Positions 14,560-40,127 of a stretch of DNA of 64,000 nt are shown here, piece by piece; the stretch's first letter is position 1, and each line of letters begins with the position of its first letter. The stretch lies in assembly GCF_009914755.1 (NCBI RefSeq), contig NC_060939.1; one strand, 5' to 3'. The notes beneath the pieces are model-generated. The model was given only the letters and a program-made list of their open reading frames with translations. It ran no database searches and was not told the origin of the DNA. This stretch comes from the human T2T-CHM13v2.0 reference genome, Homo sapiens. The position numbers and the translations under genes were made by a program.

Positions 14560-16476
14560 AATAAGCAGTATTAGGAAAAAAGACTAAAAGAAATGAAGGA
14601 ATGTGAGTGGAAGAATATTAGAGATTTTCAGACTAAAAAAGCAAAAGTTAACTATTGGCCTGATTGAAAACTATAAAGTGTGAATATTGCCATAAAGTTC
14701 ATGGGCATATTCCCCAAATTTCATATTATTAGGTTTAAGGACATCTCTTGAACTTGAGTTAGAAAAATTTAAGACAATATATGAAAGAACTATTTACACA
14801 AAGCAATAAAGATATGGCACACAGTACTCTAGGGAGTCATACTGTTAGTAAATAAAAAATAATTAAAGATTTTAGAAAAGATGCCAGTGGGAAAAAAGTA
14901 ATCCAGTCATTTTGCCTGCACGATTCTTGGTCCCTCCTTTACTCTGCACAAAGTTGGCATTTATGTGTGACAGTAACAGAAAGAGAGTCTTAGACATGAA
15001 GAACTTGACAAGCAAAACACTCAGGTATTTTTCCTAAAATACTACTACAAAAGACAGTTTGAAATAATGGAGGGACATGCAAAAAGAAAAAAAAACCTCA
15101 GAAATGGGAGAACTATACTGTTTAAAAAATGTCAATGGATATTAAAACCATGAAACAACAGAATTTAGACTAAATATCTCCTAAAGATTATTATAAAACA
15201 AAATGGAAGTCCTAAATACTTATTTAAACTGAAATATAAGATAAAATGTAATAAGGAACCAGATAAAATATATCCCAAATAATGCCAAAAATCACTGCAG
15301 AAGAAGGTCGGAGAAAAAAACAAATCATGCCAATGTCTTTAATGTCCTTAAGAGTCAAGAAGGAGAGTTAATACATATTGCTTAACTTTCAAAAATAATG
15401 ATCAGAAGAAAATAACTTAGAGGTACAATTTAGAAAGTAAAAAGATTGAGGATAAAATCAACAATAACACAATTTGTATAACACACATAAAATAAAGTAA
15501 ACATTCTTACAACCTCAGAAAGCATTATGACAGATATAATATTATAAATATCAGGTTATTACAGTTAAAAAAAAAAAAGGTTAAAAGGTATCCTACCTAA
15601 AAGTCTATGAACTGGTCACAGCAGCTCACGTATGTAATCCCAGCACTTTGGGAGGTCAAAGGCGAAAGAATCACTTGTGTCCAGGAGTTCAAGACTAGCC
15701 TGGGCAACATAGCAAGGCCTCATCTCCACAAACAAAAAAAAATTAGCCAGGCCTGGTGGCACATGCCTATGGTCCCAGCTACTCAAGTGGCTGAGGTGGA
15801 AGGATAACTTGAGCACACAAGGTGGAGGATGCAGTGAGCCATGAGTGCACTACTGCTCTCTGGCCTGGGAGACAGAGTGGGACCACATCTCAACAAACAA
15901 AAAACAAAATAAAACAAAACTGTGTCTTTTCTTTACAACCTATCATTTAAACAAAATGACTAAATAGGCAAAAAAAAAGCAGGGATTGTAACATCAAAAT
16001 AGTGGAAATCAAGGCAGCAAGTAATAGGAAAAGAGAGTTGATGTTTACTGATAAAACGTAAAATGCACAATGAATACATGGGTCATAAATAATTATGTAA
16101 AAAATAAATATACCAAGTATAGATTTTAAAAAATATGTGAGATTGACAGAAATATATTGGTTTTGGAGAATTTTCAAAAGTTGATCATGAATAAACATAA
16201 GGTAAACTTAGTTAAATTCACCAAAGCAGAAAATTCAGAAGGTAGATTTCTGCAACAAAGAAATATCACTGCAAAATTTTAACAACTTTAAAACATCAAA
16301 TTCAAATCAATTGAAAATTTCAAAGCAAAAAAAAGTTACTAAATAATTCTACTGTCAAAGAGGAAGTCAAAAGTATAATTGTTGAATATTAAAAATCACA
16401 ATAAATCTACAAATTATAAAAACTCATGAGATACAGTTAAAGCTGTAGTCAGACTCAAATTCAAAGTTTCACATGC
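14560..16476 (+). mobile_element. Highly degenerate old L1M ORF1/ORF2 5' remnants
   Basis: A-rich sense strand; aaactcatgagatacagttaaagctgtagtcaga resembles the ORF2 NLWD..KAV segment. Confidence 0.5.
15609..15920 (+). mobile_element. AluJ
   Basis: Diverged dimeric Alu with ccaggagttcaagactagcctgggcaacatagcaag and a (CAAAA)n tail. Confidence 0.9.
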
Positions 16477-16763
16477 TTTCTTTTTTTTTTTGGTTTGGTG
16501 CAGAGTATATTTTTTGTTGTTGTTGTTGTTTTTCGTTTTTTTTGACTTGTTTATTATTATTATACTTGAAGTTTTAGGGTACATGTGCACAATGTGCAGG
16601 ATAGTTACATATGTATACATGTGCCATGCTGGTGTGCTGCACCCATTAACTCGTCATTTAGCATTAGGTATATCTCCTAAAGCTATCCCTCCCCAATACC
16701 CCCACCCCACAACAGTCCCCAGAGTGTGATGTTCCCCTTCCTGTGTCCATGTGTTCTCATTGT

Positions 16764-20599
<3,836 letters not shown>

Positions 20600-20647
20600 T
20601 TATTTTGCTCGTTAGTTGATGCAGTTTCTTCTTAGCCTTGATCGTCT

Positions 20648-21664
20648 TTACAATTTGGCATGATTTTGCAGTGGCTGGTACCAGTTGTTCCTTTCCATGT
20701 TTAGTGCTTCCTTCAGGAGCTCTTTTAGGGCAGGCCTGGTGGTGACAAAATCTCTCAGCATTTGCTTGTCTGTAAAGTATTTTATTTCTCCTTCATTTAT
20801 GAAGCTTAGTTTGGCTGGATATGAAATTCTGGGTTGAAAATTCTTTTCTTTAAGAATGTTGAATATTGGCCCCCACTCTCTTCTGGCTTGTAGAGTTTGT
20901 CCTGAGAGATCTGCTGTTAGTCTGTTGGGCTTCCCTTTATGGGTAACCTGACCTTTCTCTCTGGCTGCCCTTAACATTTTTTCCTTCATTTCAACTTTGG
21001 TGAATCTGACAATTATGTGTCTTGGAGTTGCTCTTCTCGAGCAGTATCTTCGTGGAGTTCTCTGTATTTCCTGAATCTGAATGTTGGCCTGCCTTGCTAG
21101 ATTGGGGAAGTTCTCCTGGATAATATCCTACAGAGTGTTTTCCAACTTGGTTCCATTTTCCCCGTCACTTTCAGGTACACCAATCAGACATACATTTCGT
21201 CTTTTCACATAGTCCCATATTTCTTGGAGGTTTTTTTCGTTACTTTTTATTCTTTTTTCTCTAAACTTCCCTTCTCGCTTCATTTCATTCATTTCATCTT
21301 CCATCACTGATGCCTGTTCTTCCAGTTGATCACATCAGCTCCTGAGGCTTCTGCATTCTTCATGTAGTTCTCGAGCCTTGGCTTTCAGCTCCATCAGCTC
21401 CTTTAAGCAATTCTCTGTATTGGTTATTCTAGTTATACATTTGTCTAAATTTTTTTCAAAGTTTTCAACTTCTTTGCCTTTGGTTTGAATTTCCTCCTGT
21501 AGCTCAGAGTAGTTTGATCGTCTGAAGCCTTCTTCTCCCAACTTGTCAAAGTCATTCTCCATCCAGCTTTGTTCCGTTGCTGGTGAGGAGCTGTGTTCCT
21601 TTGGAGGAGGAGAGGCACTCTGCTTTTTAGAGTTTCCGGCTTTTCTGCTCTGTTTTTTCCCCAT
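20648..21664 (-). pseudogene. ORF1: LINE-1 ORF1p, 338 codons in frame but with two nonsense codons
   Basis: MGKKQSRK...PLQNHAKL; TGA at codon 110 (21335-21337) and TAG at codon 179 (21128-21130). Confidence 0.92.
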
Positions 21665-22700
21665 CTTTGTGGTTCTGTCTACTTTTGGTCTTTGATGATG
21701 GTGATGTACAGATGGGTTTTTGGTGTGGATGTCCTTTCTGTTTGTTAGTTTTCCTTCTAACAGACAGGACCCTCAGCTGCAGGTCTGTTGGAGTTTGCTA
21801 GAGATCCACTCCAGACTCTGTTTGCCTGGGTATCAGCAGTGGTGTCTGCAGAACCACGGATTTTTGTGATCCGTGAATGCTGCTGTCTGATCGTTCCTCT
21901 GGAAGTTTGTCTCAGAGGAGTACCCGGCCGTGTGAGGTGTCAGTCTGCCCCTACTGGGGGGTGCCTCCCAGTTAGGCTGCTCGGGGATCAGGGGTCAGGG
22001 ACCCACTTGAGGAGGCAGTCTGCCCGTTCTCAGATCTCCAGCTGCGTGCTGGGAGAACCACTGCTCTCCTCAAAGCTGTCAGACAGAGACATTTGAGTCT
22101 GCAGAGGTTACTGCTGTCTTTTTGGTTGTCTGTGCCCTGCCCCCAGAGGTGGAGCCTACAGAGGCAGGCAGGCCTCCTTGAGCTGTGGTGGGCTCCACCC
22201 AGTTCGAGCTTCCTGGCTGCTTTGTTTACCTAAGCAAGCCTGGGCAATGGCGGGCGCCCCTCCCCCAGCCTCGCTGCCACCTTGCAGTTCGATCTCAGAC
22301 TGCTGTGCTAGCAAAGAACAAGGCTCCATGGGCGTAGGATCCTCTGAACCAGGCATGGGATATAATCTCCTTGTGTGCCGTTTGCTAACACCATTGGAAA
22401 AGCACAGTATTAGGGTGGGAGTGACCTGATTTTCCAGGTGCCATCTGTCACCCCTTTCTTTGACTAGGAAAGGGAATTCCCTGAGCCCTTGTGCTTCCCG
22501 GGTGAGGCGATGCCTTGCCCTGCTTCGGCTCTTGCAGTGCACTGCACCCACTGTCCTGCACACACTTTCTGACACTCCCCAGTGAGATGAACCCAGTACC
22601 TCAGTTGGAAATGCAGAAATCACCCATCTTCTGTGTCGCTCACACTGGGAGCTGTAGACTGGAGCTGTTCCTGTTTGGCCATCTTGGCTCCACGCCCCCT
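21665..22700 (-). promoter_or_regulatory. L1 5'UTR with internal sense and antisense promoters, YY1 site, and 129-bp ZNF93 target segment
   Basis: CAAGATGGC motif near 22678-22686 (minus); segment ~21792-21920 that is absent from L1HS/L1PA2. Confidence 0.75.
22247..22429 (+). CDS. ORF0: LINE-1 antisense ORF0 homologue, truncated to 60 aa
   Basis: MAGAPPPASLPPCSSISDCCAS...IRVGVT* matches ORF0; premature TGA. Confidence 0.7.
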   Translation: MAGAPPPASLPPCSSISDCCASKEQGSMGVGSSEPGMGYNLLVCRLLTPLEKHSIRVGVT

Positions 22701-22714
22701 CCCCTCTGGCCCCC

Positions 22715-23699
<985 letters not shown>

Positions 23700-23715
<16 letters not shown>

Positions 23716-23964
23716 AAATGTATGTATCTATATATGTACATAATATATGTATATATATATATAAAATATATGTGTATATATATATATTCAAAGTTGGATA
23801 GTTTGGTACTATTGTGAATAAGATTTTTTCCATGTATGTGTGTGTATATATATGTGTGTGTATATATATGTGTGTGTGTGTGTATATATATATATATACA
23901 CGCACATATATATACATGGAAAAAATCTCATTCACAATAGTACCAAAATATCCAACTTTGAATA
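23700..23964. repeat. (TA)/(TG) microsatellite complex containing a 53-bp inverted repeat
   Basis: Arms 23785-23837 and 23912-23964 are reverse complements with 2 mismatches. Confidence 0.9.
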
Positions 23965-25873
23965 AAGTTAATAAGTATTAATAAATAATAAATATTCAGG
24001 AACTTTATGCATAAAATGTTACAATTTCACTAAGGAACATAAAAAATGAATAAATGCACAGTGAGATTAAAAATTTTATAGATTTCAATTTTTCCCTAAT
24101 TAATATATATATTTAATGCTCCTCCAATCAATATCACATTGGAATTAACTTTCAAAGTTGGCAAAGAGTTTTAAATTGGATTTGGAAAAATAACTATTAA
24201 AAATTTCAAAAAACAAAAAAGTGAATTTCAGCTGACAAAGAGTTCGGAAGTCAAAACTTCCATACTTACAACAAGAAAATTCTGAACAAATTGAAATTCA
24301 ATGATGTTTCTTGGAACCATAAAAGATCTGAGGCCATATCATAGGGCAATCCTCCACTGTGAAATCTAGGAAGACAGGTGCATCCAGAGGGATATTAACA
24401 ACTAAGATTTGCTTACTGGCAGGAGCAGCCACTGGAGCCATAAGCTGGTAGAAACAGTTAAATGCTAATTTTACTTATTGCTGGAGGCTGAGGGTGGACT
24501 CCTGTGAGAACAGGAAACTCCTGGGGGCTGTAATCTTCAGACAATACCAAACTTTCATATACTTTCCCCTCCTCCAAGATCCCCACCAGGTTCCAATGTT
24601 GAGGATCTGAGAAAGATCTACTCCTGGTTCTGGTAGGGGAAGGAAAGAGTAGCCATTATGAAACATACCCAGAGTCTTCTGTATAGGAAATGTGTACTCT
24701 TTAGGGAAAGGATTTTGCCTGAGCTGAATTCTGAAAACATCACAGTTAGAAAGGACTTCCTCTTCATTCTATTTGCCCCCAGTTTTCTGGTGTCACTTAA
24801 TGGGAGTAGACACAGTCAGCAGAGAACAGGGCTCCAAGAAAATCACTTAGAGGTTGGATCTGGGGCAGGAAAAAAAATTACAGGGCAGTGGGAAAATTAA
24901 TACCACTGGAGGGAGGACAGAAATACTTGTGAAGATACAGCCCTAAGACACAGAACTATGAAAAGACTGATGCTTAACTGTTAGATTATAGAAAGCTCTC
25001 CCCCCACAATACCTTGCCACCACATCAATAGGGTTCTAGTGTAATAATTACAGCTGAAACAGCTACATGACACATACTCTTTCTGAGAAGAAGTACTCAA
25101 AGAAGTCCCAACTTAAGGGGAGAAACAAGCAAGGAAATGATAATTTGAAGACTCTAGTACCTAAACATTAAATACAACCTAATTCCTAGATAGATTAACA
25201 TTCATTCTCATACTAAAGGTCTATTTTCTTCAGTTTTTATTACCTGATAGAACATGTTCTGCTTTCAACAAGAAAATTACAAGCATGCTAAAGGCAAGAA
25301 AAAACAGTTTGAAGAGACAAAGCAGCAATCAGAACTAGACTCAGAAATAAAAAAACTGTTGAAATTATCAGGCAGGAAATTTAAAATAACTATGTTTAAT
25401 AAGTTGAAGTTTCTAAAGGAAAAAATAGAAAACATGAAGGAACAGATTCATAATGTAAGCAGAGAGGTAAAAATTCTAAGAAAGAATAAAAGAAAATGTT
25501 ATAAATAAAAAGCACAGTAACAGAAATGAAGGAAGGCTTTGATGGACTCATCAGTAGTGTCAATATGGCAAAGGAAAGCACCAGTGAACTTGAAGATAGG
25601 TCAATAGAAACTTTCTCAACTGAAAAGCAAAGAGAAAAAAGATTGGGAAAAACAAAACAAATCATCCAAGAACTGTGGCACAAAATCAAGAGGTATAACA
25701 TAAATGTAACTGAATTAGCAGAAGATAAACAATAGAATGAAGCAGTGTAAATATTTGAAATCAAAATAGCCCCAAACTTTCCAAATTTAATGACAGACAG
25801 TAAATCACATATCCCCAAACCTCAAAGAATCGCAAGTAGAATAAAACAATAACAACAACATACACTTAGACAT

Positions 25874-28685
<2,812 letters not shown>

Positions 28686-29239
28686 CTACAGAGGAACAAA
28701 GATAAGAATTACAGCAAACTTCTCATTAGAAACCATGAAAACAAGACAAGTGTGAAATATTTGAAGTGTTAAAAATTATCCATAAATCTTTAATACCATA
28801 TCCAGCAAATCCTGTAAGGTGAGGAAGAAATAGATTTTCTTAGACAAACAAAAACTGAGGGAATTCACTGTTAGCAGACCTTCTCTATGAGAAATATTAA
28901 AGAAAGTTTCAAGACAAAAGAAAAATAATACAGACCAGAAACTTGGACCTACATAAGAAAAGAAGACAGAGAGAGGAAAAATAAAATATTTCATTTTTCT
29001 AATTCTGAATTGTCCTGAAAGATAATTCTTTGTTTAAAGTAATAATAGTAACAATGTATTGAGTGATTATAGCATGTGGATAAATGAAATAGATAACAGG
29101 AGGTAGGAATTGGAGATACTCTGTAATAGGGTATATGTAAGACACATGAAGCAATGTAGTATATACAAAGTACTAAAATTAGTTCATATTGCATATTATA
29201 AACTCTAGAACAACTACTATTTTTTAAAAATATATTTGA

Positions 29240-29582
<343 letters not shown>

Positions 29583-30344
29583 TCATGTAAAATGTTCAAT
29601 AACACCAGCAAAGGCAGAAAAATGAGGAGAAAATAAATGTAATGAATAGAAAACAGTCACAAACATGGTAGATAATAATCTAACTGGATCAATAATCACT
29701 TTAAATGTGAATAGTTTAAATATGTTAATTAAGTGACAGATTTTTAGAGTGGATAAAAAATCCCCAATTATATGTTATGTATCTATTAAAATCCATTTTA
29801 AGTATAAAGAATTAGAGAATTTAAAAGTGGGGGAAGTATGTAATAATACAAGTGTCAATTCTTTATAGACACTTTTATTGAAGACATAACAATCCTAAAC
29901 ATCTATGCACCTAACAAGAAAGCATCAAAATATATGAGGCAAAAACTGATCAAACTATAAGTAACTCACTGCTATAAAGACTTCAGCACTTCTCTGTTAA
30001 TAATTGATAGATCAAGCCATCAGAAAATCAGTAAAGGTATACATGATTTAACATCACTCTCAAGTGACTTGATCTAATTGACTTTTATAGAATACTCTTG
30101 CCAACAACTCCATTCTTCTGTAGCTCGTATGGAACATTCATAAAAATATACCATACTCTGGGTCAAAAAATATACTATAACAAACTTAAAAGAGTGGAAA
30201 CCAAAGTATGTTTTCAAATAGCAATGGAATCAATTAGAAATTAATTACAGAAAGACAACAGGAAAGTCTCCAAATACCTAAAAATTGAGCAACACATTTT
30301 AAAATAATCTCTGAGTCAAAAAAAAAAAAAAAAACTTCAAGAGA

Positions 30345-33226
30345 GATAGGCTGGCAAGATGGCCAAATAGGAACAGCTCCAGTCTGCAGCTCCCAGCGAG
30401 ATCGATGCAGAATGTGGGTGATTTCTGCATTTCCAACTGAGGTGTCCGGTTCATCTTACTGGGACTGATTGGACAGTGGGTGCAGCCCAGGAAGGGTGAA
30501 CTGAAGCAGGGTGGGGTGTTGCCTCACTCAGGAAGTACAAAGAGTCGGGAAATCTCCTGCCATAGCCAAAGGAAGCCGTGAGGGTCTGTGTACGGTGCAC
30601 TCTGGTCCAGATACTGTGCTTCCCCTATGGTCTTCACAACCTGCAGACCAGGAGATTCCCTCTGGTGCCTATGCCACCAGGGCCCTGGTTTCAAGCATAA
30701 AACTGGGTGGCCATTTGGGCAGACACTGAGCTAGCTGTAGGAGTTTTTGTTTCTCATACCTCAGTGGCACCTGGAATGCCAGCGAGACAGAACCATTCAC
30801 TCCCCTGGAAAGGAGGCTGAAGCAAGGGAGCCAAGTGGTGTGGCTCAGTGGGTCCCACCCCCACGGAGCCCAGCAAACTAAAATCCCCTGGCTTGAAATC
30901 CTTGCTGCCAGCACAGCAGTCTGAGGTCCACCTGGGAAGCTTGAGCTTGGTGGGGAGAGGGGCGTCCACCATTGCTGAGGCTTGAGCAGCGGATCTCCCA
31001 GCACAGTATTCAAGCTCTGATAAGGGTCACACTGCTTCCTCAAGTGGGTCCCTGACCCCCGTGTCTCCTGACTCAGAGACATCTCCCAGTAGGGGATGAC
31101 AGACACCTCATACAGGAGAGCTCTGGCTGGCATCTGGTGGGTGGGGGGGGGGCCCTCTGGGATGAAGCTTCCAGAGGAAGGAACAGGCAGAAATCTTTGC
31201 TGTTCTGCAGCCTCTGCTGGTGATACCCAGGCAAACAGGGTCTGGAGTGGACCTCCAGCAAACTTCAGCAGACCTGCAGCAGAGGGGCCTGACTGTTAGA
31301 AGGAAAACTAACAAACAGAAAGCAATAGTATCAACATCAACAAAAAGGACGTCCACTCAGAGACCCCATCAAAGACTAAATGTAGATAAATCCACAAAGA
31401 TGGGGAGAAAGCAGTGCAAAAAGGCTGAAAATTCCAAAAAGCAGAATGTCTCTTCTCCTCCAAAGGATCACAACTCCTCACCAGCAAGGGAACAAAACTA
31501 GACAAAGAACGATTTGACAAATTGACAGAAGTAGGCTTCAAAAGGTGGGTAATAACAAACTCCACTGAGCTAAAGGAGCATATTTTAACCCAATGCAAGG
31601 AAGTTAAGAACCTTGAAAAAAAGGTTAGACAAATTGCTAACTAGAATAAGCAGTTTAGAGAAAAACATAAATGACCTGATGGAGCTGAAAAACACAGCAC
31701 GAGATCTTTGTGAAGCATGCACAAGTATCAATAGCCAAATTGATCAAGCAGAAGAAAGGATATCAGAGATTGAAGGTCAACTTAATGAAATAAAGAAAGA
31801 AGACAAACTAAGAGAAAAAAGAATAAAAAGTAATGACAAAGCCTCCAAGAAATATGGGACTATGTGAAAAGACCAAATCTACATTTGATTGGTGTACCTG
31901 AGAGTGATGGGGAGAATGGAACTAAGTTGGAAAACATTCTTCAGGATATTATCCAGGAGAACTTCCCCAATCTAGCAAGGTAGGCCAACATTCAAATTCA
32001 TGAAATGCAGAGAACACCACAAAGATACTCCTTGAGAAAAGCAACCCCAAGACACATAATCGTCAGATTCACCAAGGTTGAAATGAAGGAAAAAATATTA
32101 AGGGCACCCAGAGAGAAAGGTCGGGTTACCAACAAAGGGAATCCCAACAGACTAACAGTGAATCTCTCTGCAGAAACCCTACAAGCCAGAAGACAGTGGG
32201 GGACAATATTCAACATTCTTAAAGAAGAGAATTTTCAACCCAGAATCTCATATCCAGCCAAACTAAGCTTCATAAGTGAAGGAGAAATAAAATCCTTTAC
32301 AGACAAACAAATGCTGAGAGATTTTGTCAACACCAGGCGTGCCTTAAAAAAAAAACAAACTCCTGAAGGAAGCACTAAACATGGAAAGAAAAAACCGGTA
32401 CTAGCCACTGCAAAAGCATACCAAATTGTAAAGGCCATCAACACTATGAAGAAACTGCATCAACTAACGGGCAAAATAACCAGCTAGCATTGTATTCACA
32501 GGATCCCATTCACACTTAACAATATTAACCTTAAATGTAAATGGACTAAATGCCCCAATTAAAAGATACAGACTGGCAAATTGGATAAAGAGTCAAGACC
32601 CAATAGTTTGCTGTATTCAGGAGACTCATCTCAGATGCAAAGATGGAATAGGCTCAAAATAAAGGGATGGAGGAAGATTTACCAAGTAAATGGAAAGCAA
32701 AAAAAAAAAAAAAAAAAAAGGCAGGGGTTGCAGTCCTAGGCTCTGATAAAACAGACTTTAAACCAACAAAGTTCAAAAAAGAAAAAGAAGGGCATTTCAT
32801 AATGGTAAAGGGATCAATGCAACAGGAAGAGCTAACTATCCTAAATATATATGCACCCAATACAGGAGCACCCAGATTCATAAAACAAGTTCTTAGAGAT
32901 CTACAAAGAGACTTAGACTCCCACACAATAATAGTGGGAGACTTTAACACCCCACTGTCAATATTAGACTGATCAACGAGACAGAAAATTAACAAGGATA
33001 TCCAGGACTTGAACTCAGCTGTGGACCAAGCAGACCTAATAGACATCTACAGAACTCTCCACCCCAAATCAAGAGAATGTACATTTTTCTCAGCACCACA
33101 TGACACTTATTCCAAATTGACCACATAATTGGAAGTAAAACACTCCTCAGCAAATGCAAACGAGCAGAAATAATAACAAACAGTCTCTCAGACCACAGCA
33201 CAATCAAATTATAACTCAGGATTAAG
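30345..33226 (+). mobile_element. L1PA8-type element, 5' half only (5'UTR, ORF1 31400-32431 disrupted, ORF2 endonuclease part)
   Basis: GGCTGGCAAGATGGCC start; ORF1 and EN peptide fragments; ends at aactcaggattaag. Confidence 0.92.
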
Positions 33227-34246
33227 GGGGATCACTTCCAAGATGGCGAAATAGGAACAGCTCCAATCTGCAGCTCCCAGTGAGATCGACGCAGAAGACA
33301 GGTGATCTCTGCATTTCCAACTAAGATACCTGGTTCATCTCATTGGGACTCGTTGGACAGAGGGTGCAGCCCATGGAGGGAGAGCTGAAGCAGGGCAGGG
33401 CGTTGCCTCACCCGGGAAGTGCAAGGGGTTGGGGGATTTCCCTTTCCTAGCCAAGGGAAGTGGTGACAGACTGTACCTGGACAAACGGTACACTCCTGAC
33501 CAAATACTGCACTTTTCCCACAATCTTAGCAACTGGCAGACCAGGAAATACCCTCCTGTGCTTTGCTCGGTGGATCCCATGCCCACAGAGCCTTGCTCAC
33601 TGCTAGTGCAGCAGTCTGAGGTCAATGTGCAACACGGCAGCTTGATGTGGGTAGGGGCATCTGCCATTGCTGAACCTTGAGTAGCTCACAGTGTAAAAAA
33701 AGCAGCTGGGAAGCATGGACTGAGTGGAGCCCACCACAGCTCAGCAATGCCTACTGCCTCCATAGATTCCACCTCTATGGGCAGGGCATAGCTGAACAAA
33801 AGGCAGCAGACACCTTCTGCAGACTTAAATGTCCCTGTCTGACAGCTCTGAAGACAGCAGTGGTTCTCTCAGCATGGCGTTCGAGCTCTGAGAATGGACA
33901 GACTGCCCCCTCAAGCAGGTCCCTGACCCCCATGTAGCCTGACTGGGAAACACCTCCCAGTAGGGGCTGACAGACACCTCAAACAGGCGGGTGCCCCTCT
34001 GCAATGAAGCTTCCAGAGGGAGGATCAGGCAGCAATATTTGCTGTTCTGCAGCCTCTGCTGGTGATACCCAGGCAAACAGGGTCTGGAGTAGACCTCCAG
34101 ACAGACCTGTAGCTGAGGGGTCTGACTGTTAGAAGGAAAACTAACAGAAAGGAATAGCATCAACATCAATAAAAAAGGACATTCACACCAAAACCCCATT
34201 TGTACGTCACCAACATCAAAGACCAAAGGTAGATAAAACCACAAAG

Positions 34247-35273
34247 ATGGGGAGAAACCAGAACAGAAAAGCTGAAAATTCCAAAAAACAAAGTGACTCT
34301 TCTCCTCCAAAGGACTGCGGCTCCTCGCCAGCAAGGGAACAAAACTGGATGGAGAATGAGTTTGACGAGTTGATAGAAGTAGGCTTCAGAAGGTCGGTCA
34401 AAACAAACTTCTCTGAGCTAAAGGATCATATTCTAACCCATCACAAGGAAGCTAAAAACTTAGAAAAAATGTTAGATGAATGGCTAACTAGAATAAACAG
34501 TGTAGAGAAGACCTTAAATGACCTGACAGAGCTGAAAACCATGGCACAAAAACTTTGTGACACAACCACAAGCTTCAACAGGCAATTCGATCAAGTGGAA
34601 GAAAGGATATTAGTGATTGAAGACCAAATTAATGAAATAAAGTGGGAAGACGAAGATTAGACAAAAAAGAGTGAAAAGAAACAAACAAAGCCTCCAAGAA
34701 ATATGGGATTATGTGAAAAGACCAAATATACGTTTGATTGGTGTACCTGAGAGTGACGGGGAGAATGGAACCAAGTTGGAAAACACTCTTCAGGATATTA
34801 TCCAGTAGAACTTCCCTAACCTAGCAAGGCAGGGCAACATTCAAATTCAGGCAATACAGAGAACACCACAAAGATACTCCTCAAGATGAGCAACCCCAAG
34901 ACACATAATTATCAGATTCACAAAGGATGAAATGAAGGAAAAAATGTTAAGGGCAGCCAGAGAGAAAGGTCGGGTCACCCACAAAGGGAAGCCCAAAAAA
35001 CTAACAGCAGATCTCTCTGTAGAAACCCTACAAGCCAGAAGACAGTGGAGGCCAATATTCAACATTCTTAAAGAAAAGAATTTTCAACCCAGAATTTCAT
35101 ATCCAGTCAAACTAAGCTTCATAAGTGAAGGAGAAATAAAATACTTTACAGACAAGCAAATGCTGAGAGATTTTGTCACCACCAGGCCTGCCTTACAAGA
35201 GCTCCTGAAGGAAGTACTAAACATGGAAAGGAACAACCGGTACCAGCCACTGCAAAAACATGCCAAATTGTAA
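34247..35273 (+). pseudogene. ORF1: LINE-1 ORF1, disrupted
   Basis: MGRNQNRKAENSK...PLQKHAKL in fragments. Confidence 0.85.
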
Positions 35274-35336
35274 AGACCATCGATGCTATGAAGAAGCTGC
35301 ATCAATTAACAGGCAAAATAACCAGCTAACATCATA

Positions 35337-39011
<3,675 letters not shown>

Positions 39012-39012
39012 G

Positions 39013-39316
39013 GGCTCGGCGCGGTGGCTCATGCCTGTAATGCCAACACTTTGGGAGGCTGAGGCGGGTGGATCACGAGGTCAGGAGATCAACACCATCC
39101 TGGCTAACACGGTGAAACCCCGTCTCTACCAAAAAAAATACAAAAAAAAATTAGCTGGGTGTGATGGCGGGCACCTGTAGTCCCAGTTACTCAGGAGGCT
39201 GAGGCAGGAGAATGGCGTGAAGCTGGGAGGCGGAGCTTGCAGTGAGCGGAGATCGCGCCACTGCACTCCAACCTGGGCGACAGAGCTAGACTCGGTCTCA
39301 AAAAAAAAAAAAAAAA
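39013..39316 (+). mobile_element. AluY
   Basis: ccatcctggctaacacggtgaaacc, gaatggcgtgaa, gagcttgcagtgag; pure A tail. Confidence 0.95.
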
Positions 39317-40127
39317 GTCTCGAGAAATTAAAAATTATTTTGAATAAAACTATAATGAAAATACAACTTATCAAAATTTGTGGGATGAGCCAAAGTAGTG
39401 CTAAAAGAACATTTATAGCATTAAATGTATACATTAGAGAAGAAGGAAGATGTAAAATTAATAATCTAATCTTACATTTTAGGAAGTTTGTGAAAGATGA
39501 GCAATTTATTCCAAAAGCAAGTAGAAAAAAGAAAACTAGAGCGATAATTAGTGAAATTGAAAATAGGAAAAAATAGAGAAATCCACAAAATCATAAGCTG
39601 GTTTTTTAAAAAAGATCAATAAAATCAATGAACTTCTAGACAGGTTGGTAAAGGAAAAAAGAGACATATGAAGATTGACAAAAAGGCAAAGACAACCTCT
39701 CCTGCCATGCCTATTCAACTTGGTACTTAAAGTTCTAATTAGCATACTAAGATAGGAAAAAAAAAGTTATACAGATTGAAAAGTAAAAATAAGATTTTTA
39801 TTCACATATAAGGCCATTGTTTATGTCGAAAACCACAAAAAATTTATAAAAAATTCCTGGAATTAGCAAGCAATACAGCAAGGTAGTAGGCTACAAAGTC
39901 AAATACAAGTCAATGGCCTTCCTTCATACTGACAATGATTAATGATACTTTGAAATTTAAAAAAACCTATTATTTACAACAGCACACAAAAAATAAAGCA
40001 TTTAAGTATACAAATATAATAATATATGTATCGGATTTGTATGAAGATAGGTACAATACACTGATGAGAGAAATAAAATAAGATTGAAATAAATAGATAT
40101 TATGAATTCATTCCATCTTAATTCATT

